Shown: positions 1 to 8,102, numbered from the stretch's first letter. The stretch is DNA of 64,000 bases from Candidatus Limnocylindria bacterium (GCA_046566045.1 JBKHXL010000007.1:31987-95986), one strand, 5' to 3'. Notes: generated from the sequence alone by a model not told the origin. Program-made: numbers and translations.

Positions 1-817
1 CAACCTGCCCGCCCTCGTGGTCAGCCTGCGCGGCTTGGTCTACACCCAGATCGACGTGACCGGCCCACCCATCGACCTGCACTCCGGATCGCACGGCGGC
101 GTGGTCCAGAACCCGGCGTTCGCCCTGGCGACCATCCTCGCCGCGCTGAAGGGTCCGGACGGCCGGATCAGGATCCCGGGCTTCTACGACGACGTCCTCG
201 AGCTGACCGAGGTCGAACGGGCGGCCCTCGCGGCGCTCCCGTTCGATGACGACGCCTACCGCCGGGAGATCGGGGTGCCGGCCCTGGCGGGGGAGGCCGG
301 CTACACCACCCTGGAACGGCAATGGACCCGCCCGACGCTCGAGGTCAATGGCCTGTGGGGCGGCTTCCAGGGCGACGGGTCCAAGACGATCATCCCGGCG
401 CACGCCCACGCCAAGGTGAGTTGCCGCCTCGTCAACGACCAGGATCCGGATGCCATCTTCGAGGCCCTCCGCACGTTCGTGCTCGAGATCGCCCCGCCGG
501 GGGTCACGGTCGAGGTGGTGTCGCTCGGTCGTGGTCGACCGTCGCGGACGCCGACCGATCACCCGGTCGTCCGAGCCGCGGAGCGAGCGCTCGAGGCCGT
601 CTTCGGTCGGGCGGCCCTGCACATCCGGGGAGGCGGGTCGATCCCCGTGACCGCGAGCTTCGAGCGCATCCTCGGACTGCCGGTCGTGCTACTCGGGTTC
701 TCCCAGCCGCACGACAACGCGCATGCTCCCGATGAGTGGCTCGACCTCGACAACTACGAGGGCGCCATCCGGACCATCGTGGCCACCCTTGACGAGATCG
801 CCGCCGCGGACGCGTGA
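1..817 (+). CDS. M20/M25/M40-family metallopeptidase (ArgE/DapE/dipeptidase-like), C-terminal part; 5' end lies upstream of the window
   Basis: Frame is open from base 2 (NLPALVVSLRGLVY...), so the GTG at 17 is not the true start. The C-terminal motif IRGGGSIPV...LGFSQPHDNAHAPDEWLDLDNYEGAIRT is typical of M20 enzymes. Third codon positions are GC-rich. Confidence 0.8.
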   Translation, partial: NLPALVVSLRGLVYTQIDVTGPPIDLHSGSHGGVVQNPAFALATILAALKGPDGRIRIPGFYDDVLELTEVERAALAALPFDDDAYRREIGVPALAGEAGYTTLERQWTRPTLEVNGLWGGFQGDGSKTIIPAHAHAKVSCRLVNDQDPDAIFEALRTFVLEIAPPGVTVEVVSLGRGRPSRTPTDHPVVRAAERALEAVFGRAALHIRGGGSIPVTASFERILGLPVVLLGFSQPHDNAHAPDEWLDLDNYEGAIRTIVATLDEIAAADA

Positions 818-932
818 CGGCCCTGGTGCGGAACAGCGTGGTCCGGGTGGGTGAATCGGGCGGACCGCGGTGCTACGCTAGGTGGGCCGCGCCGCGGCGC
901 TGAGCGCATGCCTCCGGGGAGGAACCCACCGC

Positions 933-2009
933 GTGACGACCGACGCCACCGCCGACGCTGCCCGATCCGCGGGCTGGCGTCTTGACACCGACAACGGCAG
1001 CATGAGCCCACGCTCGGCGCTCGATGTGCTGGTCGACCTGAACGAGCGCGTGACGACCGGCCACCTCGCCGAGTACCAGCCGGTCCCGCTCGGATTCACG
1101 CCGCTCGACAAGACCATCGGTACGGGGCTGCGCGCCGGCGAGCTGCTGCTCATCGGCGGGGCGCAGGGCACGGGCAAGACGACGATGGCCCTGCAGATGG
1201 CGCGCAACATCGCGTCCGGCGGTCAGGCCAACGTGCTGTACGTCTGCTTCGAGCACGACGAGGCGTACCTGATGAACCGCCTCATCGCCATGGAGTCGGC
1301 GCTCGCGCACCTCCCGCACAAGACCGGCGCGATCAAGATCCAGGACGTCCGCAAGGAGATCCTGGGGACCTGGGTGGCCGAGGGGACCGTGGCCCCGCAG
1401 CTGGCCAACAACCCGCGCCTGCGGCCGTCGCTCGACCGGATCGCCCGCTACGGCCAGAACCTGTTCCTGCTCCGTGGCTCGCAGACGGCCAGCACCATCG
1501 AGAACCTCCAGAAGCTGGTCCAGCAGCATCGCGAGCTGTCCGGCGATCGCCGGCTGGTCGTGTTCGTCGACTACATGCAGAAGGTGCCCCAGCGGCCGGA
1601 GCCGGAGAACGAGTCGGAGAAGGTCACGTTCATCGTCAACGGCCTCAAGGACATCGCGCTGTCCGAGGACGTGCCGATGGTCGCCATCGTGGCCGCGGAC
1701 AAGGAGGGCCTGAAGGCCTCGCGCCTGCGCAACTTCCACCTGCGCGGCTCGTCGGCCATCAACTACGAGGCCGACATCATCCTCATCCTCAACGAGAAGT
1801 ACCACATCGTCGCCAAGGTCAACATCGAGTTCAACCCGTACCAGGCGCAACGCTTCCGGGACTGGGTCATCGTCTCGGTCGAGAAGAACCGCGGCGGCCA
1901 GGACAACGTGGACCTCGAGTTCGAGAAGCACTTCGAGTTCTCCTGCTTCGATCCGAACGGCCGGACGGTGCAAGAGAAACTCATCGAGGAACGCCTCTAC
2001 AACGACTAG
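933..2009 (+). CDS. DnaB-helicase C-terminal-domain-only (RecA-fold) ATPase
   Basis: Walker A GAQGTGKTT, Walker B VVFVDYMQ, and DnaB-like LRGSSAINYEADIILIL and VSVEKNRGG motifs. There is no DnaB N-terminal domain. Start placed at GTG 933, 10 nt after GGAGG (918-922); ATG 1002 is an alternative. Confidence 0.7.
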   Translation: MTTDATADAARSAGWRLDTDNGSMSPRSALDVLVDLNERVTTGHLAEYQPVPLGFTPLDKTIGTGLRAGELLLIGGAQGTGKTTMALQMARNIASGGQANVLYVCFEHDEAYLMNRLIAMESALAHLPHKTGAIKIQDVRKEILGTWVAEGTVAPQLANNPRLRPSLDRIARYGQNLFLLRGSQTASTIENLQKLVQQHRELSGDRRLVVFVDYMQKVPQRPEPENESEKVTFIVNGLKDIALSEDVPMVAIVAADKEGLKASRLRNFHLRGSSAINYEADIILILNEKYHIVAKVNIEFNPYQAQRFRDWVIVSVEKNRGGQDNVDLEFEKHFEFSCFDPNGRTVQEKLIEERLYND

Positions 2010-2152
2010 GCGCGGCGCCGGATCGGGCGCCATCGCCGCGTTGTCGCCTGCGCGCCTCGCTCACGCACCGCGGGGTGCGCTCGCTCCGCCGGCCGGATCG
2101 GCCCTGGCATACCGGCCGCGGCGGACCGGGCCGACGCCCAGACCGGTCCGAC

Positions 2153-2300
2153 GTCCGCTGGGCGTACATCCCGTCGGGGGAGCGAGCGCAGGGCGGGCGT
2201 CCGTCGCCCCATCGTCCGCTGGGCGTGCATCCTGACGGGGGAGGGGCCACGCGGAGACCTCGTCGCACGGTTCCCCCGCTCGGATGTACGCCGGGCGGAC
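2153..2300. repeat. Three copies of a 29-nt repeat, two direct and one inverted, in the intergenic region upstream of ppa
   Basis: Copy 1 (2153-2181) is gtccgctgggcgtacatcccgtcggggga. Copy 2 (2214-2242) is gtccgctgggcgtgcatcctgacggggga. Copy 3 (2272-2300) is tcccccgctcggatgtacgccgggcggac, the reverse complement of gtccgcccggcgtacatccgagcggggga. The direct copies are spaced 61 nt apart. Confidence 0.75.
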
Positions 2301-2342
2301 GCTGGCCCGGGGCTCACCCGCCCCCGGAGCCGAGCACGGGCC

Positions 2343-2348
2343 TACACT
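2343..2348 (+). promoter_or_regulatory. -10-like hexamer TACACT, 7 nt upstream of the ppa ATG (candidate leaderless promoter)
   Basis: TACACT at 2343-2348 and ATG at 2356, with no Shine-Dalgarno-like purine run between them. Confidence 0.45.
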
Positions 2349-2355
2349 GTCCGGC

Positions 2356-2916
2356 ATGCACAGCCCAGGACCGTTCCCGGATGTCGTCGAGATCGTCGTC
2401 GAGATCCCACGCGGATCGCGCAACAAGTACGAGTACGACGAGGACATCGGCGTCTATCGGCTCGACCGCGTCCTGAGCAGCGCCGTCTTCTACAACTTCG
2501 ACTACGGGTTCATCGAGGGCACGCGGGCCGGCGACGGGGATCACACCGACGCCCTGCTGATCATCGACGAGCCGACCTTCACCGGCTGCCACGTGTGGGC
2601 GCGGCCCATCGGCGGCCTGGAGATGCGCGACGAGAAGGGCGTGGACTTCAAGACCCTGTGCGTCGCCATCGGCGACCCGCATCAGCAACACATCGAGCGG
2701 CTGGAGCAGATGCGTCCGCACCGCCTGGTCGAGATCGAGCACTTCTTCCAGACGTACAAGACGCTCGAGGACAAGACCGTCGACGTGGTCGGCTGGCGCG
2801 ATCGCGATGCGGCCCTCCAGATCCTGCGTGAGGACCGGTCGCTGTGGCTGAGCGAGGTCGAGCGCCACGAACACTCCGGTGCGTCCACGCCGATGCCCGT
2901 GGCCGAGCGACGCTGA
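2356..2916 (+). CDS. ppa: Inorganic pyrophosphatase, family I
   Basis: VVEIPRGSRNKYEYDEDIGVYRLDRVL...FDYGFIEGTRAGDGDHTDALLI carries the family I PPase signature. Start at ATG 2356, because the longer ORF-track start (2284) lies in the repeat region. Confidence 0.9.
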   Translation: MHSPGPFPDVVEIVVEIPRGSRNKYEYDEDIGVYRLDRVLSSAVFYNFDYGFIEGTRAGDGDHTDALLIIDEPTFTGCHVWARPIGGLEMRDEKGVDFKTLCVAIGDPHQQHIERLEQMRPHRLVEIEHFFQTYKTLEDKTVDVVGWRDRDAALQILREDRSLWLSEVERHEHSGASTPMPVAERR

Positions 2917-2935
2917 CCGGCCCGGGACCAGGTCG

Positions 2936-3595
2936 GTGACGCGTGGGCCCCGCTCGGGCGACCCATACGCCGGGGTTCCCGGCCGTCGCCTGTTCGTGGC
3001 CCTGCCGCTCCCCGGGGACGCGGCCGCCGGCGTCGCGGCGATCGTGGACGACGTCCGCGGCCAGGCCCTGCCGCCGGGGATGCACGACGTCCGCTGGGTC
3101 CGGCTCGACGCCGTCCACCTGACGCTCCGATTCCTGGGCCCCACGCCCGAGGAGCGGATCGACCCGACGGCCGAGGCCGTGGCCGCTGTGGCTCGCCGGC
3201 ACGCGCCGATCGACCTGACCATCGCCGGATCCGGGACGTTCCCTGCGGGCCCGCGCCCGCGGACCCTGTGGCTCGGTCTGACGGGCGGTGTCGATGCGGT
3301 CGCGGCCCTGGCCGGCGCCACCTCGACCGCGCTCGCGGCGATCGGCTGGCCCGTCGACGATCGCCCGTTCCGGCCGCACCTGACCCTCGCCCGTTCCGAC
3401 GGCCTGGCCGCGGGCCCGCTCGTGGCGCGGCGCCTGGAGGCGGCGATGGAGGGCCGATCCATCGACCTCACGGTGGATCGGATGGTCCTGTTCGAGAGCG
3501 TCACCGGCGCCGGGCCAGCGCGCTACGTCCCGGTCGCCGAGCACCGCCTCGCGGCCACCGCGCCGGACGCCGGGTCCGTGTACCATCCGACCTGA
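2936..3595 (+). CDS. thpR: RNA 2',3'-cyclic phosphodiesterase (2H phosphoesterase, LigT/ThpR)
   Basis: Two HxTx motifs (VHLTLRFLG and RPHLTLAR) at the expected spacing. GTG 2936 is the first start after the ppa stop; the start is uncertain. Confidence 0.75.
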   Translation: MTRGPRSGDPYAGVPGRRLFVALPLPGDAAAGVAAIVDDVRGQALPPGMHDVRWVRLDAVHLTLRFLGPTPEERIDPTAEAVAAVARRHAPIDLTIAGSGTFPAGPRPRTLWLGLTGGVDAVAALAGATSTALAAIGWPVDDRPFRPHLTLARSDGLAAGPLVARRLEAAMEGRSIDLTVDRMVLFESVTGAGPARYVPVAEHRLAATAPDAGSVYHPT

Positions 3596-3637
3596 CCGGA
3601 CCACCCACGACCGACCTCCAGGAGACGCCACGATCTC

Positions 3638-4567
3638 GTGACGGCCACCCAGCGCATCCGCCTCGTCCTGGCCCTCGGGGTCGTGAATCTGGTCCTCGCC
3701 ACGGTGGCTCTCGGACTCGGCGGCGCCGGCCTCCAGCAACGCGAGGCAGCCCGCCTGTCGCCGTCCCCCTCCGGCGGCATCGCCGCGGTCCCGAGCCCGT
3801 CACCCCGACCCACCACGTCGCCGTCGCCGCTCGTCCCGAGCGCGGGACCCGGGACCTCGTCCCCGTCCCCCTCGGTGGCCGCCACCCCGTCGCCGAGCGC
3901 CGGCCCCAGCCAGTCACCGGACAGCGGCCCGTCGACCGGCCCCATCGCGCCCGCCTCGGAGCGGCCCGACCAGAGCGACGGCCCTGGCCCTGGCGGTCTC
4001 CCGACGCCATCGGGCTCGGTCGGTCCGGCGCCGACCTCGGTCGCGACGGCGGTCCCGACCCCGCGACCGACGCCTCGCGCCACCCCGAGGCCGACGGCCC
4101 CGCCGACCGCGGGACCGACCGCCCGACCGACGGCCCAGGCCACGGCCGGGCCGACGGCGACCCCGACCCCGACGCCGAAACCGACGGCCCAGACCACACC
4201 CCGGCCGACCGCCACGCCCACGCCCACACCCCGGCCGACCGCCACGCCGACGGCCCAGACCACACCCCGGCCGACCGCCACGCCCACGCCCACACCCCCG
4301 CCGACCGCGTCGCCCACGCCAACGCCGAAGCCGACGGCACGGCCGACACCGGTCCCGGCCGACACCAGGCTGCACCCGCCGTGTCCCGGCGACACGGACC
4401 TGCCGCCCGGACACGACAAGCGTGAAGGCGACAAGGGCCGCCCGTGCGGCAACGGGAAGGGCCCGGGCGGGGGCCAGGGCGGCTTCATCCTGATGGCGCC
4501 GCTGGGGGCCGGGACGCTGCTCGCGCTGCGACCCATCCGGTTGCGCGCCCGAGGTCGCGCGCGCTAG
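3638..4567 (+). CDS. Membrane-anchored Pro/Thr/Ser-rich low-complexity protein
   Basis: AGGAG at 3621-3625, 12 nt before GTG 3638. N-terminal TM helix [24 protein letters not shown], then about 230 aa of PT-rich repeats ([13 protein letters not shown]...), then a basic tail. No recognisable catalytic domain. Confidence 0.6.
   Translation: MTATQRIRLVLALGVVNLVLATVALGLGGAGLQQREAARLSPSPSGGIAAVPSPSPRPTTSPSPLVPSAGPGTSSPSPSVAATPSPSAGPSQSPDSGPSTGPIAPASERPDQSDGPGPGGLPTPSGSVGPAPTSVATAVPTPRPTPRATPRPTAPPTAGPTARPTAQATAGPTATPTPTPKPTAQTTPRPTATPTPTPRPTATPTAQTTPRPTATPTPTPPPTASPTPTPKPTARPTPVPADTRLHPPCPGDTDLPPGHDKREGDKGRPCGNGKGPGGGQGGFILMAPLGAGTLLALRPIRLRARGRAR
4183..4314 (+). repeat. Tandem 66-nt (22-codon) duplication inside the PT-rich CDS
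   Basis: gacggcccagaccacaccccggccgaccgccacgcccacgcccacaccc starts at 4183 and again at 4249, identical for about 48 nt and then slightly diverged. It encodes [16 protein letters not shown] twice. Confidence 0.8.
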
Positions 4568-4640
4568 GCTGCCGTCCCGGTCCAGTCGCGGTCCGCGCGT
4601 CCGTCACCACCGGCCGGCACACGACACTCGGAGGTTCCCC

Positions 4641-6011
4641 ATGGCCCCAGCGGATCCACGCCAGACGAAGTTCGTCCTCGACGAGTCGCGGATCCCGCGG
4701 TCCTGGTACAACATCGCGGCCGACCTGCCGGTCCCGATGTCGCCGCCGCTCCACCCGGGGACGCGGGAGCCGATCGGGCCCGCCGACCTCGCTCCGTTGT
4801 TCCCGATGGCCCTGATCATGCAGGAGGTGTCCGCCGACCGCGAGATCGAGATCCCGGAACCGGTCCGCGACGCCTACCGCCTGTATCGGCCCAGCCCGCT
4901 GTATCGGGCCCATCGGCTTGAGGCGGCCCTCGATACCCCCGCCCACATCTACTACAAGTACGAGGGCGTCAGCCCGGCCGGCAGCCACAAGCCGAACACC
5001 GCGATCCCGCAGGCGTTCTACAACAAGGAGGAGGGCGTCAAGCGACTGGCGACCGAGACCGGTGCCGGGCAGTGGGGGAGCGCCCTGGCGTTCGCCGGCG
5101 CGCTGTTCGGGCTCGAGGTCAAGGTCTACATGGTCCGCGCCAGCTACGACCAGAAGCCGTACCGGCGGATCCTGATGGAGACCTACGGCGCCGAGGTGGT
5201 CGCCAGCCCGTCGCTGACCACGAACTACGGTCGCTCCGTCCTGTCATCGACACCGGACGGCCCGGGTTCGCTCGGCATGGCCATCAGCGAGGCGGTCGAG
5301 GACGCGGCCACCCGCGACGACACCAAGTACGCGCTCGGCTCGGTCCTCAATCACGTCCTCCTGCACCAGACGATCATCGGCCAGGAGGCGATCGAGCAGA
5401 TGGGCATGGCCGGCGAGTCGCCCGACGTCGTCATCGGCTGCGCCGGCGGCGGCTCCAACTTCGCGGGGCTGACCTTCCCGTTCCTGGGCCGCAACCTGCG
5501 CGAGGGCGCCAGGCACCGGGTCATCGCCGTCGAGCCGGAGGCCGCGCCCAGCCTGACCCGTGGTGTCTACGCCTACGACTACGGGGACACCGGCAAGATG
5601 GCCCCCATCGTCAAGATGCACACCCTCGGGGCCGACTTCATCCCGGATCCGATCCACGCCGGCGGGCTGCGCTATCACGGCATGGCGCCCTTGGTCAGCC
5701 TGCTCAAGGAGCACGACTACATCGAGGCGCGGAGCGTGCACCAGCGCTCGAGCTTCGAGGCCGGGGTCCAGTTCGCGCGGGCCGAGGGCATCCTGCCGGC
5801 TCCCGAGCCGACCCATGCCATCCGCGTCGCGATCGACGAGGCGCTCGCCGCTCGAGAGGCCGGTGAGGCGCGGGTGATCCTGTTCAACCTGTGCGGCCAC
5901 GGGCACTTCGACCTGGCGTCGTACGAGCGCTACCTGCAGGGCAGCCTCGAGGACTACGAGTACCCCAAGGCGAAGGTGGACGAGGCGCTGGCCGCGCTCC
6001 CGAAGGTGTAG
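4641..6011 (+). CDS. TrpB-like PLP-dependent enzyme (tryptophan synthase beta, TrpB2 clade), stand-alone
   Basis: [61 protein letters not shown] is characteristic of long TrpB2-type proteins. GGAGG lies 6 nt upstream of ATG 4641. Confidence 0.85.
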   Translation: MAPADPRQTKFVLDESRIPRSWYNIAADLPVPMSPPLHPGTREPIGPADLAPLFPMALIMQEVSADREIEIPEPVRDAYRLYRPSPLYRAHRLEAALDTPAHIYYKYEGVSPAGSHKPNTAIPQAFYNKEEGVKRLATETGAGQWGSALAFAGALFGLEVKVYMVRASYDQKPYRRILMETYGAEVVASPSLTTNYGRSVLSSTPDGPGSLGMAISEAVEDAATRDDTKYALGSVLNHVLLHQTIIGQEAIEQMGMAGESPDVVIGCAGGGSNFAGLTFPFLGRNLREGARHRVIAVEPEAAPSLTRGVYAYDYGDTGKMAPIVKMHTLGADFIPDPIHAGGLRYHGMAPLVSLLKEHDYIEARSVHQRSSFEAGVQFARAEGILPAPEPTHAIRVAIDEALAAREAGEARVILFNLCGHGHFDLASYERYLQGSLEDYEYPKAKVDEALAALPKV

Positions 6012-6102
6012 GGACCGGCGACGGCGAGTCGCCCTGCGCGCATCATCGATCCATCGTAGGGTGAGCACACACCGACGCTCGCTCGAAGAGGACTGGGGGA
6101 CG

Positions 6103-6351
6103 ATGCCGCGCCTGGCTTGCTGGTCGTGTGGTCGCCAGATCTATACCGTATCGCCGCTCGAATCCTTGTTCGCCGAGGAGCGGCGCTGCCCGCGCTGCGG
6201 CGCGTTCCTCGAGCGGGACCGTCGCGAGACCGACCGGCGCTCGACCTTCGTGCGCCGCAAGAACCCGGAGGACGATCCCGGTCCGCCCACCGACGAGGGT
6301 GAACGTCGCGTCACGCAGCGGCGGGTCAAGCGCCGTCGCGACGGCAGCTAG
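6103..6351 (+). CDS. Small zinc-ribbon protein with a basic C-terminal tail
   Basis: Two CxxC pairs (CWSCG ... CPRCG), then an Arg/Lys-rich tail (RRVTQRRVKRRRDGS). GGGGGA lies just upstream of ATG 6103. No family recognised. Confidence 0.5.
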   Translation: MPRLACWSCGRQIYTVSPLESLFAEERRCPRCGAFLERDRRETDRRSTFVRRKNPEDDPGPPTDEGERRVTQRRVKRRRDGS

Positions 6352-7034
6352 TACAGGCGGTCGTCGGCTCGCGGGGGCTCGATCACACGGTAGCGCAGCG
6401 CGACCGTCACGGCCTCGAGCTTCGAGTGCACGTGGAGTTTCATCATGACGTTCTGGACGTGCGTCCGGAGCGTGTTGCGCGAGATCCCCAGCTGCTCGCA
6501 GATCTCCGGCGTCGCCAGGCCCTCGGCGAGTCGGCGAAGGACGTCGAGCTCGCGCGGTGTCAGGGGCTCGATGGCCGGCCGGGTCGGCTGGCGCTCCTGG
6601 GCCGTGGCCACGCGTTGGGCGATGCCGAGGATGACCGACCGGGGAAGCAGCGTCTCGCCGGCACGGGCGGCGCGGACGGCGGCCACGACGTCCTCCACGG
6701 CCCGGTCCTTGGTGAGGTAGCCATCCGCCCCGGCCTGGATCGATTCGAGCACCGTCTCGTCGTCCTGGACGGCCGTGAGCATCACGACCCGGGCGCTCGG
6801 CCAGCGGGTCTTGATAGCGCGGGTCGCTTCGGCTCCGGTGCCATCCGGCAGGCGATAGTCCATGAGCACGACGTCCATGCGCTCGCGCCCGAGCTGCTTT
6901 GCCTCGGCCACGGACCCGGCGATCCCGACCACGTCGATGTCCGGCTCGCCGCCGAGCAGTCGCGCCAGGGAGTCGGTCAGCAACTGATGATCATCGACGA
7001 GGAGCACGCGCGTCGGTCGCCCGTCGATGGCCAT
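6348..7034 (-). CDS. NarL/FixJ (LuxR)-family two-component response regulator
   Basis: Receiver domain RVLLVDDHQLL...DVVLMDYRLPDG...VVMLTA...GADGYLTKD, plus a LuxR HTH LTPRELDVLRRLAEGLATPEICEQLGISRNTLRTHVQNVMMKL. ATG at 7034-7032. No histidine kinase is nearby. Confidence 0.9.
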   Translation of the reverse strand: MAIDGRPTRVLLVDDHQLLTDSLARLLGGEPDIDVVGIAGSVAEAKQLGRERMDVVLMDYRLPDGTGAEATRAIKTRWPSARVVMLTAVQDDETVLESIQAGADGYLTKDRAVEDVVAAVRAARAGETLLPRSVILGIAQRVATAQERQPTRPAIEPLTPRELDVLRRLAEGLATPEICEQLGISRNTLRTHVQNVMMKLHVHSKLEAVTVALRYRVIEPPRADDRLY

Positions 7035-7112
7035 CCCTTGTGCCGCCCTCCCGGTGATCGGCGGGCTGGGATCCGGGACCGTCCCGCCCCGTATCCACCC
7101 TCCGGCCGCCTG

Positions 7113-7118
7113 ATGGTA
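7113..7118 (-). promoter_or_regulatory. -10-like TACCAT for the response-regulator gene (leadered)
   Basis: The + strand reads atggta at 7113-7118, which is TACCAT on the - strand, about 80 nt upstream of ATG 7034. An AAGGG/GGGAGGG purine run precedes the start. Confidence 0.3.
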
Positions 7119-7159
7119 GCACCCGGAAACGTTCGCGGAGGGGAGGGTCGCCGGTCCCG

Positions 7160-7190
7160 CTGTCCGGCCGGCCGCAGGCCGGCCGGACAG
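7160..7190. promoter_or_regulatory. Perfect 14-bp inverted repeat with a 3-nt spacer, between divergent promoters
   Basis: CTGTCCGGCCGGCC gca GGCCGGCCGGACAG. It lies 40 nt upstream of the tyrA start and 126 nt upstream of the response-regulator start. Confidence 0.6.
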
Positions 7191-7216
7191 CACGGACGCG
7201 CGTCGGCCGCCCCTGC

Positions 7217-7222
7217 GATACT
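7217..7222 (+). promoter_or_regulatory. -10-like GATACT, 7 nt upstream of the tyrA ATG (candidate leaderless promoter)
   Basis: GATACT at 7217-7222 and ATG at 7230, with no SD between them. Confidence 0.4.
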
Positions 7223-7229
7223 CGCCGGC

Positions 7230-8102
7230 ATGCGCGTCGCGATGCTCGGATTCGGCCTCATCGGTGGTTCGATCGCCCGTGCGACCGCCGCGGGCGGGTC
7301 CGCCGGCGCGTGGGAGATCGCGGCCTGGACGCCGAGCGGGCGCGGCCCGACGGCGGCGCTCCGGGACGGGGTCATCGCCGAGGCCGCGCCGACCGCCGCG
7401 GCCGCGGTCCGGGGTGCCGCGCTGGTCGTGCTGGCCGGGCCGCCGAATGCCTGCATCGAGCTCCTCGACGACCTGGCCGGCCAGCTCCGCTCGGCCCTCG
7501 ATCCGGATGTCGTCGTGACCGACGTGGCCAGCACCAAGACGGCCATCACGCTGCGCGCCGCCGCGCTCGACCTCCCGTTCGTCGGGGGTCACCCCATGGC
7601 GGGCCTGGAGCGATCCGGCTACGAGGCCTCGACCGGCGACCTGTTCGTGCAGCGACCGTGGATCATCGTGCCGTCCGCCGCGCCCGAGCGCGACGCCCGC
7701 GTACGCGAGCTGGCGGTGGCGTGCGGCGCGAGACCGCTGGCGATGACCGCCGCAGCGCACGATCGGGCCGTCGCGGCGATCAGCCACCTGCCCCTGGTCG
7801 CGGCGGCGAGCCTGGTGACCTCGGTGCTCGGCAGCGACGCGCTCGACGAGGCGGACCGCGCCGCGGCCCTCACGCTGGCGGCCGGTGGCTGGCGCGACAT
7901 GACCCGGCTGGCGCGCGGCGACGTCGCCATGGGTACGGGCATCGCCGTCACCAACGCGGCGGCGCTGGCGGAGCGCATCCGCGCCTACGTCGACGTGCTG
8001 GAAGCCTGGCTGGCCGACCTCGAGGCTCCGGGCGGCCCCGACCGCGATGCCATCGAGCTGCGCCTGCAGGCGGCCCGGGCCGCGCTGGAGGAGCCCTCGT
8101 GA
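7230..8102 (+). CDS. tyrA: Prephenate dehydrogenase
   Basis: Rossmann motif VAMLGFGLIGGSIA, then DVASTK...PFVGGHPMAG, typical of TyrA/PDH. Confidence 0.85.
   Translation: MRVAMLGFGLIGGSIARATAAGGSAGAWEIAAWTPSGRGPTAALRDGVIAEAAPTAAAAVRGAALVVLAGPPNACIELLDDLAGQLRSALDPDVVVTDVASTKTAITLRAAALDLPFVGGHPMAGLERSGYEASTGDLFVQRPWIIVPSAAPERDARVRELAVACGARPLAMTAAAHDRAVAAISHLPLVAAASLVTSVLGSDALDEADRAAALTLAAGGWRDMTRLARGDVAMGTGIAVTNAAALAERIRAYVDVLEAWLADLEAPGGPDRDAIELRLQAARAALEEPS

Noticed and set aside
2153-2300. The 29-nt repeats, spaced about 30 nt apart, as a mini CRISPR array.
   Set aside because: There are only three copies. They are non-identical, and the third is in inverted orientation. No cas genes or leader are present in the window.
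3900-4400. The PT-rich region as a non-coding tandem-repeat or satellite array.
   Set aside because: A single frame stays open for 309 codons, with an SD, an N-terminal TM helix and a codon-periodic (66-nt) duplication. This is consistent with a coding low-complexity linker.
6017-6033. A short hairpin (ggcgac-ggcga-gtcgcc) after trpB2, as an intrinsic terminator. A similar GGCGCC-based stem follows the DnaB-like gene near 2012-2035.
   Set aside because: The stems are only 6 bp, with no following T-tract. In DNA this GC-rich, such stems arise by chance, so they were not reported as features.
6426-8102. ORF-track N-terminal extensions that fuse real genes to long upstream frames. Examples: 6426-8102, 7310-8734, 8047-9798, 12129-13892, 18037-19581, 18405-21179, 21999-24980, 39081-41582, 41652-44795 and 44162-46057.
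   Set aside because: The upstream parts are low-complexity and overlap the preceding well-supported gene. The family-conserved N-termini begin at ATG or GTG codons that overlap the previous stop, or that follow a -10 or SD signal. Those starts were used instead.
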